From positions 98,716-162,715 of the forward strand of contig JBFOMH010000021.1 of NCBI GenBank assembly GCA_040830765.1: 64,000 nucleotides of DNA, read 5' to 3'. The notes beneath the pieces were generated by a model, which was not told the origin of the DNA, searched no databases, and worked only from the letters and a program-made list of their open reading frames with translations. Position numbers and translations under genes: made by a program. The stretch is from Puniceicoccaceae bacterium. Lineage in GTDB: Bacteria > Verrucomicrobiota > Verrucomicrobiia > Opitutales > Oceanipulchritudinaceae. Shown in pieces: positions 51,638 to 60,951 of this stretch. Every line of letters starts with the position of its first letter. Position 1 is the stretch's first letter.

Positions 51638-52273
51638 TCAGGCCGGGACCAGGCCCGGGGAGAATGTCTGCCACGTCCCCTCCACGAGATTGCGGCTGTC
51701 GAGGCTGAAGGGCTTTGCTCCGCTGAGCCAGGATTCCATGCGGCCCTGGAAGCGGGAGACGGTGGCGGTGTCGGCAAGCTTGGCCTTGGTCCCGAGAATG
51801 ATGTCGCTGCTGTCGAGCAGGCGGCGCAGGTAGGGCATTTCGCGGAAGCGTTGGTGGCCGGCTTTGCGCACATCGAGAATGCCAATCGTCGAGGCTAGCT
51901 GGACCTCTCCATCCAGCTCCCGGGATTTGACCTGTTCCAGCATGTTAACCGGATCAGACAAGCCGGCCGGCTCGACAAGGATACGGTCCGGGCGCAGAGT
52001 CTCGACAAGCGTCCTCAGCCCGGAAGCCAAATCCGGGGCACCGGAACAGCAGAAGCATCCGCCGTTGGAGATCCTGAACAGGACCTTGCCAGGTGAATTG
52101 GCAGCTCCATGGGAAAGCCGGTCCGCCAGAAAGGGCTGGTTGTTGGTGTTGAGCAGCACTGCCCAGGTTTCATTGGACGGCGCTGATTTCAACAGTTCCA
52201 GGATAGTCGAGGTTTTCCCGGAACCCGGTCCACCCTGGACAAGGTGGACCGGTATGGGGGACAATTGAATCAT
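51638..52273 (-). CDS. COG0523/CobW-like G3E GTPase (N-terminal domain only)
   Basis: GGPGSGKTS, GGCFCC, ILVEPAGLSDP; ATGA overlap with the MtaB-like gene. Confidence 0.82.
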   Translation of the reverse strand: MIQLSPIPVHLVQGGPGSGKTSTILELLKSAPSNETWAVLLNTNNQPFLADRLSHGAANSPGKVLFRISNGGCFCCSGAPDLASGLRTLVETLRPDRILVEPAGLSDPVNMLEQVKSRELDGEVQLASTIGILDVRKAGHQRFREMPYLRRLLDSSDIILGTKAKLADTATVSRFQGRMESWLSGAKPFSLDSRNLVEGTWQTFSPGLVPA

Positions 52274-53664
52274 GATAGCGCGAGGGCGGGAAGCTCGTAG
52301 TCCTCGGGGACGAACTTGTCCGTGTCGACGTCTTCCATCATTTCCTCGATGAATTCTTCTTCGGTGTCGGGCATGTCGTCCAGGTCATCCTCCATGCGAT
52401 CGAGCCAGGCGGCTTCCTTGGCTTCCATCTTGAGGCAGCCGGATTCGCTGGACTCGCGCATCAGGCGGATGGCTTCACGGGCAGCGGCAATGCCGGCAGC
52501 GTAGTGATTTTCTGACGACACGATGGCGTTGGCGATGGCGACGCTGCTTTCCGGCGTAATGATCATCGCCTGGGGATCAAGGCCGGCATCCGACTTGACG
52601 AGCCAGTTGCGCAGCTGCAGGGCCGCCTCCGGACCATCCTTGGAGGCCTCGTTGAAGAGACGGCAATCATAGATGAGCTGTTCCATGTAGCAGGTCGGGG
52701 CCATGCCGCCGAGGAGCTTGATGTTCTGGACCGACTCATTGGACCAGAGGTCGGCAGTGGCAGCCGCGAGGTTGCCCATCGGACTGAGGTGGGCACAAGC
52801 GGCGGTCTTGCCTTCCATGCTCATGGGGAAACCGGTGATGGCCTTGAGGATGGGGTTTTCATAACCACAATCCTTGCCGGGTCCGACGGCGCCGCACTCG
52901 TAGGCAACCAGCGATCGGACGGCCGTGACAGCCCGGACCACAGCGGCGAAGGAGCGCGGAATCATTTTCCGCTCCGCCAGCACCATGGCGGTGTTGCCGA
53001 ATCCGCAGGCGGTATCACCAGCGGCATAAACGCCGTGCTTATTGGCAATGGGGACAATGTGGTCCCAGAGGAACTTCATGTCCCTGACGCCCATGACGCA
53101 GAGCGAGAAGAGAACCTCGCGCAGGTCACCGTTGACGAGGGCATCGTCGTGTAGTTCCTTGCCGCCGACGCTCTCGATGCTGAGAAACTCGGCCCCTGCC
53201 TCGGCGGAACGTTCGAACAACTCCAGCATGGCCTCCCAGTAGCGACCGGACCGCATCAGGGGCGGGCGGACAAACTCCCGGTTGTCATTCGGAGTGGCCC
53301 GCAAGGTGGCCTTGAGACCGTACTTCTCATGGGCCGTCTCAATTCCTTCGAGCAGGATCTTGACGATATCCATCCCGAAGTCAGGGAACTCGGTCATGGG
53401 GGGAAGGGTCTCGAACTCGAGCATGACGCCTGGCGCTTCCAGCTCGGCCGCGCGAGTCAAGGCCTCGTTGACAATCTGCTGGTAGTGGCGCCTGACCTCG
53501 GGCATCGAGGCTGCCTCAATCTTGATGTCCGGCAGGGTGAAGTTCAGTTCCGGATAAACGGTTCCTCCACCGATGACCATGCCGTGGCGGGTGGTCACCG
53601 GGTTGGGGGAGACCCCGTAGATCAGCTTGTCCGGATCGGGGATAGCGAGGGCATTGTACTTCAT
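52270..53664 (-). CDS. mtaB: Methanol:corrinoid methyltransferase MtaB-like
   Basis: IGGG.VYPELNFTLP, LSIESVGGKE, GDTACGFGNTA, GPGKDCGYEN, MEGKTAACAH, DLWSNESVQ; start at ATG 53664. Confidence 0.9.
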   Translation of the reverse strand: MKYNALAIPDPDKLIYGVSPNPVTTRHGMVIGGGTVYPELNFTLPDIKIEAASMPEVRRHYQQIVNEALTRAAELEAPGVMLEFETLPPMTEFPDFGMDIVKILLEGIETAHEKYGLKATLRATPNDNREFVRPPLMRSGRYWEAMLELFERSAEAGAEFLSIESVGGKELHDDALVNGDLREVLFSLCVMGVRDMKFLWDHIVPIANKHGVYAAGDTACGFGNTAMVLAERKMIPRSFAAVVRAVTAVRSLVAYECGAVGPGKDCGYENPILKAITGFPMSMEGKTAACAHLSPMGNLAAATADLWSNESVQNIKLLGGMAPTCYMEQLIYDCRLFNEASKDGPEAALQLRNWLVKSDAGLDPQAMIITPESSVAIANAIVSSENHYAAGIAAAREAIRLMRESSESGCLKMEAKEAAWLDRMEDDLDDMPDTEEEFIEEMMEDVDTDKFVPEDYELPALALS

Positions 53665-53674
53665 TGAATTGTCC

Positions 53675-54304
53675 TCAGGCTGGCAGTACCGACTTGGCGA
53701 GATCCACAGCGCTGGCGGCATCCGAGGCGTAGCCATCCGCACCGATTTCATCGGCATAGGACTGGGTCACCGGCGCGCCGCCAATGACAATCTTCAGCTG
53801 CTTCCCTGCAGCCTTGATGGCGCTTACCGTTTCCCGCATCGCCGGCATCGTTGTGGTGAGAAGGGCGGACAGGCCGACAATGTCAGCCTCGTGCTCATCG
53901 ATAGCATCGACAAAGGCGGTTGGCGTCACATTGACCCCAAGGTCGATGACTTCGAATCCGGCACCCTTCCACATGGTGGCGACCAGGTTCTTGCCGATGT
54001 CGTGGCGGTCGCCCTCGACTGTCCCGATGATAGCCTTGTACTTCGGCTTGATACCCGCCTCGATCAGCTTGGGCTCGATGATCTTCATCGATTCCTTCAT
54101 CGCCCGGGCCGAAACCAGCATTTCCGGAACGAAAATTTCGTTGTTCTTAAACTTCTCGCCCACCACCGACATGGCTGGGATCAGTGCATCCTCGAGAAGC
54201 ACTTCGGGAGCAGTTCCTTCTTCCAGAAGGGCTGTGGTGAGAAGCTTGGCGTCCTTGCGGCGACCGTTAATGACAGAGGTTTTGAGGTCTTCGATATTAC
54301 TCAT
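53675..54304 (-). CDS. Corrinoid (B12-binding) protein, MtaC-like
   Basis: Four-helix cap (AM..VG.KF...EIFVPE), GDRHDIGKN, SALLTTT, GGAPV. Confidence 0.92.
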   Translation of the reverse strand: MSNIEDLKTSVINGRRKDAKLLTTALLEEGTAPEVLLEDALIPAMSVVGEKFKNNEIFVPEMLVSARAMKESMKIIEPKLIEAGIKPKYKAIIGTVEGDRHDIGKNLVATMWKGAGFEVIDLGVNVTPTAFVDAIDEHEADIVGLSALLTTTMPAMRETVSAIKAAGKQLKIVIGGAPVTQSYADEIGADGYASDAASAVDLAKSVLPA

Positions 54305-54475
54305 GGCTATATGATTTTTGTTAATGTTGTGCCATGAGGATAGCAGTTTGCCTGCTTCCGTTTCTTGTATGCTCGGCTGCTTGTTATGTAGATTCGTGTG
54401 AAAACCGCCAAGGGCTGACCCCTTTACTTTCTCGCATCTATGAGCACGGACTTTCTGTACAAAGTGCTTGGCCTG

Positions 54476-56482
54476 TCAGTAATGTATCTGCAGCAGAAGC
54501 CTTCCTGCTTTTGTCGGCAGACGCCACTCGGTAGGGGAGATGCTTTCGAGGGCTTCCCCGGTCTGCCAGTCCTTTACTGAACTGGCCGGTTGCTCTAACT
54601 TGAGCACCATTCCTGCAAAACCTTGGCGGTCCTCGATGACATCGATCTCAAGTGCCTTGCGGACGGGGATGTAGTGGAGCAGGGTAACCAATGTCTCACT
54701 GCCTTTTTGCATCGGGTAGACGCTGACGGAAACCGGGAGTCCGGCACCAATGGCGGGTTTGCCGATCAACCGTTCCATTACTACCTGCCAGATTTTCCGG
54801 ATAAAGACGCTGCCCGACTTCCGGTACTCCTTGAAGATGGGATCGCTAAATACGGTGACCGTACCATTGGTGGCCACGGCCGGAAATTCCGAGGTTTCCG
54901 TTGAGGCGGGCGTTTGGAAGTGGGAACAGAACTTGAAGTCAGACCGCCGGAAGTACGGCAGGACGCGGTCGATAAGGACTTCCCAGTCATCGCTGAAGGC
55001 ATAATGCATGCCTGCCTGGTAGAAAACCCGATCGCTGTCCGTCCATTCCTGCCCGATTGCGGGGCGTCCGTGCCAGTAGGTGGGGAAGTCAGGTGTCGAG
55101 CCGCTGACGCAGCGACCCAGGGAAGCGAAGACATCCTCACATGACTCGGTGAACCCGGAGGTGTGGGAGGCAATCAGCTTGCCCCCGTTCTGCAGGTAGG
55201 CCTCCAGCTTTTGCTTGAGCGCTTCGGTGACGATCACCGAGTCGGGAAGGATGAGCAGTTTGTACGGGCTCAGGTCTGCTGAGTCATCGATGACGGCACA
55301 GTCGTAGTGAGTTTCCTCGCACATGAGGACGGTGCCTTCAAGGGAGAGGTTGGACTCACTAAGATCGATTGACGGATGGCCGGGTTGCAGGATAGCCACC
55401 TCGGGCATCGGTTTGCTGTCGGCATAGAACGGTTCCGCTTCCTCAACCTGCTGGTAGACTTTTCCGATGAGCCGGTAGGCAGCCGGGTCGAGCACCCCGC
55501 GGGGGAGCATCTGGTCACCGACCGAACAGCCCCCGCCCATGGCCTGGGCGCGAAAACACTCATACTCAAGGGCCGGCACTGGCTTGATACCGCCGAAGTC
55601 GCCCCATTGCTTCTGGAAACGGCCAGTCATGCCCAGCCAGGGCTGTCCCATCTGGTAAACCTGGCGGGCCATTCGCGGGAAGTGCTGGTAGCCCCAGAAT
55701 CCGCTCGGCAGCGACTCCACCTCAAGCTGGCTTTGCAATTTGGCCATAGAGCCAAATCCGACCTGACTGTCGATAAACGCGTTGTTCTGTTGGTTGTAAA
55801 AGACTTCCGCTTTGGGCTGTATTCCATGAATGATCCCGTTGAACTTCTCCATGAAACGCTTCTGGGCCTCCCATTCAATTCGGTAGTGGGCCTCGTGGTC
55901 CTCCCGCCGGATGTTGAGATCCTGACGAATCTTACGGCAGGATTCACTCCAGGTTCCTTCTGGATGAAAGAAGAGAATGTCTACGAACAGCCCTTCCACC
56001 TCGTAGGTTTCCAGCAACTCCTGAACATGGGCCTCGAAGTAGTCCTGATACTCCGGGTTGGAGAAGTCATTGAATTTCCAATACCCAGCCTGGTCGGTGA
56101 TCCTGTCGGTTGCTTCCTTCCAGACCGCAAAGCTGCCGTTCTTCCTCAGTTGGTGCCATTGCGGAAAGCGCTGGGCCACATCCTCCTCCCAGACCACCGT
56201 GGTGTAGAGGGGACACCGGATACCCCGCTTTTTGAGGGCCTCCAGCTGTTCTCCGAGGATATCCCGGCCATTGAGGGCAGGGTGCTGCACTCCCGTCTTG
56301 GTTGGGTAGTAGCACTGACCATGGTGGCACTTGGCGAAGACGGTCACACTGTTGACATGGGCCTCGACCAGTCGGTCGGCAAAGGCCTCGGCGTCAAAGT
56401 CGGCGCAAACATCCCCGATGAAGGGCGAGGTGTGGAAATCCAGGTGAATCTGGCGGTTACGGAATGAACTGTTCATTGTCAT
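54476..56482 (-). CDS. Glycoside hydrolase, GH151 alpha-L-fucosidase-like (GHL6 plus GH42-type trimerisation domain)
   Basis: RQIHLDFHTS, NSVTVFAKCHHG..YYPT, EVESLP, GMTGRF...WGDFGG. Confidence 0.8.
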   Translation of the reverse strand: MTMNSSFRNRQIHLDFHTSPFIGDVCADFDAEAFADRLVEAHVNSVTVFAKCHHGQCYYPTKTGVQHPALNGRDILGEQLEALKKRGIRCPLYTTVVWEEDVAQRFPQWHQLRKNGSFAVWKEATDRITDQAGYWKFNDFSNPEYQDYFEAHVQELLETYEVEGLFVDILFFHPEGTWSESCRKIRQDLNIRREDHEAHYRIEWEAQKRFMEKFNGIIHGIQPKAEVFYNQQNNAFIDSQVGFGSMAKLQSQLEVESLPSGFWGYQHFPRMARQVYQMGQPWLGMTGRFQKQWGDFGGIKPVPALEYECFRAQAMGGGCSVGDQMLPRGVLDPAAYRLIGKVYQQVEEAEPFYADSKPMPEVAILQPGHPSIDLSESNLSLEGTVLMCEETHYDCAVIDDSADLSPYKLLILPDSVIVTEALKQKLEAYLQNGGKLIASHTSGFTESCEDVFASLGRCVSGSTPDFPTYWHGRPAIGQEWTDSDRVFYQAGMHYAFSDDWEVLIDRVLPYFRRSDFKFCSHFQTPASTETSEFPAVATNGTVTVFSDPIFKEYRKSGSVFIRKIWQVVMERLIGKPAIGAGLPVSVSVYPMQKGSETLVTLLHYIPVRKALEIDVIEDRQGFAGMVLKLEQPASSVKDWQTGEALESISPTEWRLPTKAGRLLLQIHY

Positions 56483-56909
56483 GGTTTTTGGAAATGTTGG
56501 TGAGGTTGGACTTCGTCATCAGGTTCTCAAGGAACAACTGAATTTCATGTTAGTGAAGGTCACTCCGCTGCTCGCTAGCCATATTGCAGATGACGATTGC
56601 TGAACAGAATTCACTTCGGGTGCTCCAGCTGGAGATGAGGCAGTGGTATATTCCCGCATACGGCCGTCTCCGATGAAGACACCAGCTAATGTAATACTTG
56701 TGCTAATGGCGTTTAAAAGATTTTGGGAGGTTGCTGACATCGTGACTTTTTAGGATCAGGCAATTCACCCATTATGGCTGTTTCAAGCCGGAGTTGAATG
56801 CACAAAAATTGAAAGGAATGGAGAATCGTGACCTGCACAGCAGACGCTCTGAAAATTTTGCTTAAATTTACGACATTCACCACCATGCAGACTGAAACCT
56901 GAAACTTCC

Positions 56910-59900
56910 TCAGAACTCGGACTGCTCCCAGTTGGTCATTCCCTCATTTGCGCGGAGAAATAGGAATTCGGTCTCTGGGTGCATCTGAATGTTGCGGAAA
57001 CGGAACTGCAGTGTGCCGGTTCCGGCTTCGGGTTTCCAGAGAAGAAGGACCTGGTTGAAGGCCTGCACTAGCTCAAGGTCGCTGAAACTGGACTTGCCGG
57101 AGGCGAGGGATTTTGTGCCCATTGATTCGCCATTAAGGAAGAGTTCAACAGAACCACTAGTAGCTTCCACATCAAGGAAGGTAAGTGAGTCCGGATTGGG
57201 AATGCCGCTATCTTCCATGACGATGCGCCGCGTACGGGGCGTATGCAGGCAAGTGTAGAAGGCCTGTTCGGATCCAGTAGTTGCATCCCATATTCCCTCA
57301 TTATTTGCCATGATCGACCACCCGTCGATGCGGAACATGCTGCTGGGGGCCAAACGTTCAGTTGACAGGAAGGTGTTGGCGGTTATCTCCCTCCGCTTCC
57401 CAGGATTGGACACTGCCTGGGTCAGGACCTGGCGGGGAAAACCCTGACTGGACTCCACAGGCGCAGGCACCTTTTTTCCGCTGAGGGCGTGCCTTGCTAC
57501 ACTGCCACCCAGATTCCGCATAAGGAGCGATTCATAGCGCTTCAGTCGTGAATGGGTTTCCTCCGGCTTGCCGAAAACATCCAAATAGACACAGCCCTTG
57601 CCATGGCGGATGCGCCCTAGCATGACCTGTTCCTCGGGAGCCTCGGCAAAGAGAAAACGTGATGCACCATGGGTGCGCAAGGGTTCGGTTCGTTGGCCAT
57701 GGATATGATGTTCTTCCTGGAGGGCTTTGGTTGGGGTCACCAGCAGGGGCTCCAGGCCATCAACTTTCTCTAGGGCAAAGTTGGCCACGGCATAAGATTC
57801 AGCTCCGAAGCAATAGCTCATGCCGTCGATGCCGCTGATATCGACATTGGAGATACCGGAAAGAAGCGGGTCGTCCTTTACCCGTACGGCCTGGTATCGG
57901 GCTGCCTCCACGCCCGTCAGGTTGATCCCCAGATGCTCGGAGACCGTTCCCAGGAGCGATTCGTCGCGGAGCCGGATCCATGTGGTTCCACCGAGCTTGG
58001 CTTCACCAAGTGCCGAAATCAGGTCGTCCCGGGCATCCGCTTCGACTATATGGGGGCTCTTCTGGAAGGAGGAGTGTTCACCCAAAAGATAGGCAAGCAT
58101 GGCTGTAAACAAGTCACGTGCCTCAGGGATCGTGGAACCCTTTTCCGCAAAGCGGAACTGGCTGGCCAGAAGCCGACCGTTCCCCAGCTTAACCTCACCC
58201 AGAACGGTCCATTCAGGGAGTTTAAGTCCGGATCCTCCTTCGCCGGCATCGACCAACGGTTTCAGCAAGCAGGATTCCCCCTTCTGGTAGACCGAGTGGG
58301 CGATGTGGCCGTTGGAATTCATGGAGGCATAGGGATCCTCGCCCCAGAACTGGAAATCCTCTTGGGTGAAATTCGTCAGGACCGGATGTTTGTATCCACG
58401 AACGAATCCATGCAGCTGGGGTTTGCTTTCAAGTACGACATCAGGGAAGAGGCTGTGGGTTTGCTCAAGGAGGAGGACTTGGCCGCCGGTCTTGAGGTAA
58501 TCCTCGATCCAGTGGTTTTGAAGTGATCCGGGAACGACGGTGTTGCGTTCCATGATCAGGAGTTGAGGGTCTCCATCGACCGGGCCCTCCAGCGCGTCCT
58601 GTTTATCGACTTCAAGCCCAAGTTCTTGTAGCCATTTCTCTGATATACCGTAGCCGATAAGCCGGATGGGGCCGTGTTGACCGAAAAGCCTGTCCGGTTT
58701 TTCGGGAAAGAGGGACCAGTCACTCTCAATGATGTCGAGTGGGGAGTGCTTCCCATCGGGGGTGAAGGTGGCACGGAAACGGGCAGATGCGAGCTCGGTG
58801 GTGCGGGGAAGGTGTAAGAATACCTGGTGCTCAACAACACGGCCCCGGGCGACTGAAAGTTCTAGCGTCTCCACATGCAGGACTTTGTCGTTACTTTCCA
58901 GACTGATGACGAGGGAGCCGTGCTGGTTCGAAGGTGTGTCATTGACCAGATAGAGGATCCGCTGGACTTCCTGTCCGGTTAAGTAGCTTCTTCGGTGGGA
59001 GAGGTCAATGAGCGCGAAGGACCTGAATGCCCTAGCCTGAATGGCATTGGTCTGGCCGAAAGAGGTGTAGGGTTCATCGCTGTCCTTCCAGAACTCGAAT
59101 TCCGCGGAGTGCGGTTGAATGAATTGCGGCTTTACCCCGGGCGTGGTCCAGTCCTCATAGTGAAGAGTGACTTTCTCCGACTCCATGCGTAGGTTACAGA
59201 GACAGGAAATGTTCCATGGCCCGAAAGCAGCTGTTCCCTGACTACGGCCGGCTTCGACAATCCACAGGGTTTCCTGCGCAGCAGCCTCTACGATTTTCTG
59301 GTAATCGGCCCAGAGGAGGTCGCCTTCACCCGTATGGAAATTGCTGTTTGGACCCATGTAGTGATAGGTCGACATTTCCCCGGCATGCAGGGGTTGCTGC
59401 TTTTCCCACCAGCCGTATCCGCCGCACTCCTTGCCATAGTGGCGGCTTATGATGGCTTGTTCGCTTTCATTCCATAGGGAGCTGTCTCCCTCATGGTAGG
59501 CTTCGCGGGTCGGGTCCAATTCGCGGAACAGATGATAGAGCTTGGGAATTTCCTCCTTGGTGCGAGAGGTCTTGTCCTGGTTCCAACGCATCTCATTTTC
59601 CACGCTCCAGAGGAGGAGAGACGGGTGATTCTTATCGCGCCGGACATAGCGGGCGACATGGTCCCGGGCCGCTAACCAGTATGTTTCCTCATCGGCCGCC
59701 TGTTCGCCGCCTGAGCCATGTATTCCGGTTTCCCCGGTGATCATGATCCCTTCTTCATCGGCGATATCCATGATCATCTCTGGGTGGGGATGCGTGTGCA
59801 ACCGGGAATGGTTCATGTTTTCCCGTTTCATCATCGTGAACCAGCAACGATTCCAAGCCTCAGTGTGGTGGAGCTGGTTCACCTTGTGGCCCCAGTCGGA

Positions 59901-60899
59901 GAAAAAGTGGATCGGATAGCCATTGAGAATTAAGTCCGGGCCCTCAATCCAAACCTCCCGGAAACCGAAGCGCTCGGCGACTTGGTCAATGGTCGTCTCC
60001 CCTTCTACAAGGCGGCTGCGAAGCCAGTATAGGTTGGGGGCTTCCGGTTGCCAGATTTTGGCATCCTGCCAGGGGATGGTCTGTTCGATAACCTGTATTT
60101 CCCCGGAAGGGATTCGGGTAGCCTGTGTTGGAAGTTCGAGGACAGAGTCATGGACCAATGGCTCTTCGCCTTTGACCCATTCAGAAACGGAAAGCTGCAA
60201 TTCCACTTCCCGGTCCTGAGGAGAGGTATTGTGGACCTCGGAGATGACAGTCAGGGTCTTTTCCCGAAAGGAGGTTCGGATGGTCGTATCCACCGTGTAG
60301 ACATCGGCCCGATCAATGAGCCAGACATCCTGCCAGATGCCGCGCATGTGGGCGGTCATCATGTTGCCTGAGGGAGCCAGCGTCTTTTTTGAATCTTGCG
60401 AAAGGCGCTTGTAGTCGCGGATGAAGACGGCGAGTTCGTGTTCGTCCCCGGTCAGGAAGTCAGTAACGTCAATTTCGTTGGGGAGGAAGGCATCGTTGTG
60501 CATGGAGACCTGCTTCCTGTCGATCCAGATTTCACTGCGTCCGGCTACCGCATCGAAGCGCAGGAAGCGGCGCTTTCCTGTTTCCAGAGGCGCGACCCTG
60601 ACCGTACGCCGGGCCCAGCCGGAATCGGCCGCATGCCATTCTAACGGATACTCGTGATTGTCAAAAAGAAACTCGTACTCGCCTTCGTAACAAGGCGTCG
60701 GAACATCTGCCGGGTGCTCGCTGTAGTAAGTCTCTCCCTTTTTCCGCACCGCTGTGAGGGATTTGGTGACAATGGAGGGGACGAGATAGCAACCTTTAGC
60801 CCAGCCTTCAGCGGGAATCGCGATCTGGTTTTCAGCACTCCCGCTTGGAGCATAATCCCACCAGCCGTTGAGGCATTGTGTGCAATTGTGGTACTTCAT
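56910..60899 (-). CDS. Large GH2-family glycoside hydrolase
   Basis: LNGWWD, LRFDAV, GIWQDV, W.PE.PNLY, FGFREV, R..H.P, RDKNHPSLLLWSVENE. Confidence 0.85.
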   Translation of the reverse strand: MKYHNCTQCLNGWWDYAPSGSAENQIAIPAEGWAKGCYLVPSIVTKSLTAVRKKGETYYSEHPADVPTPCYEGEYEFLFDNHEYPLEWHAADSGWARRTVRVAPLETGKRRFLRFDAVAGRSEIWIDRKQVSMHNDAFLPNEIDVTDFLTGDEHELAVFIRDYKRLSQDSKKTLAPSGNMMTAHMRGIWQDVWLIDRADVYTVDTTIRTSFREKTLTVISEVHNTSPQDREVELQLSVSEWVKGEEPLVHDSVLELPTQATRIPSGEIQVIEQTIPWQDAKIWQPEAPNLYWLRSRLVEGETTIDQVAERFGFREVWIEGPDLILNGYPIHFFSDWGHKVNQLHHTEAWNRCWFTMMKRENMNHSRLHTHPHPEMIMDIADEEGIMITGETGIHGSGGEQAADEETYWLAARDHVARYVRRDKNHPSLLLWSVENEMRWNQDKTSRTKEEIPKLYHLFRELDPTREAYHEGDSSLWNESEQAIISRHYGKECGGYGWWEKQQPLHAGEMSTYHYMGPNSNFHTGEGDLLWADYQKIVEAAAQETLWIVEAGRSQGTAAFGPWNISCLCNLRMESEKVTLHYEDWTTPGVKPQFIQPHSAEFEFWKDSDEPYTSFGQTNAIQARAFRSFALIDLSHRRSYLTGQEVQRILYLVNDTPSNQHGSLVISLESNDKVLHVETLELSVARGRVVEHQVFLHLPRTTELASARFRATFTPDGKHSPLDIIESDWSLFPEKPDRLFGQHGPIRLIGYGISEKWLQELGLEVDKQDALEGPVDGDPQLLIMERNTVVPGSLQNHWIEDYLKTGGQVLLLEQTHSLFPDVVLESKPQLHGFVRGYKHPVLTNFTQEDFQFWGEDPYASMNSNGHIAHSVYQKGESCLLKPLVDAGEGGSGLKLPEWTVLGEVKLGNGRLLASQFRFAEKGSTIPEARDLFTAMLAYLLGEHSSFQKSPHIVEADARDDLISALGEAKLGGTTWIRLRDESLLGTVSEHLGINLTGVEAARYQAVRVKDDPLLSGISNVDISGIDGMSYCFGAESYAVANFALEKVDGLEPLLVTPTKALQEEHHIHGQRTEPLRTHGASRFLFAEAPEEQVMLGRIRHGKGCVYLDVFGKPEETHSRLKRYESLLMRNLGGSVARHALSGKKVPAPVESSQGFPRQVLTQAVSNPGKRREITANTFLSTERLAPSSMFRIDGWSIMANNEGIWDATTGSEQAFYTCLHTPRTRRIVMEDSGIPNPDSLTFLDVEATSGSVELFLNGESMGTKSLASGKSSFSDLELVQAFNQVLLLWKPEAGTGTLQFRFRNIQMHPETEFLFLRANEGMTNWEQSEF

Positions 60900-60951
60900 T
60901 TTCAAAAAGTTTCTCAGCTAATTGGCGCGGATACGGTCATCGGAAATGTCC

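Noticed and set aside
52270..54304. Pyrrolysine read-through in the methyltransferase genes
   Set aside because: Both ORFs are full length with no in-frame TAG, and MtaB is not a pyrrolysine enzyme.
54305..54475. Sigma54 promoter or cobalamin riboswitch upstream of the corrinoid gene
   Set aside because: TGGCAC is present on the minus strand but the -12 TTGC is missing, and no B12-box was seen.
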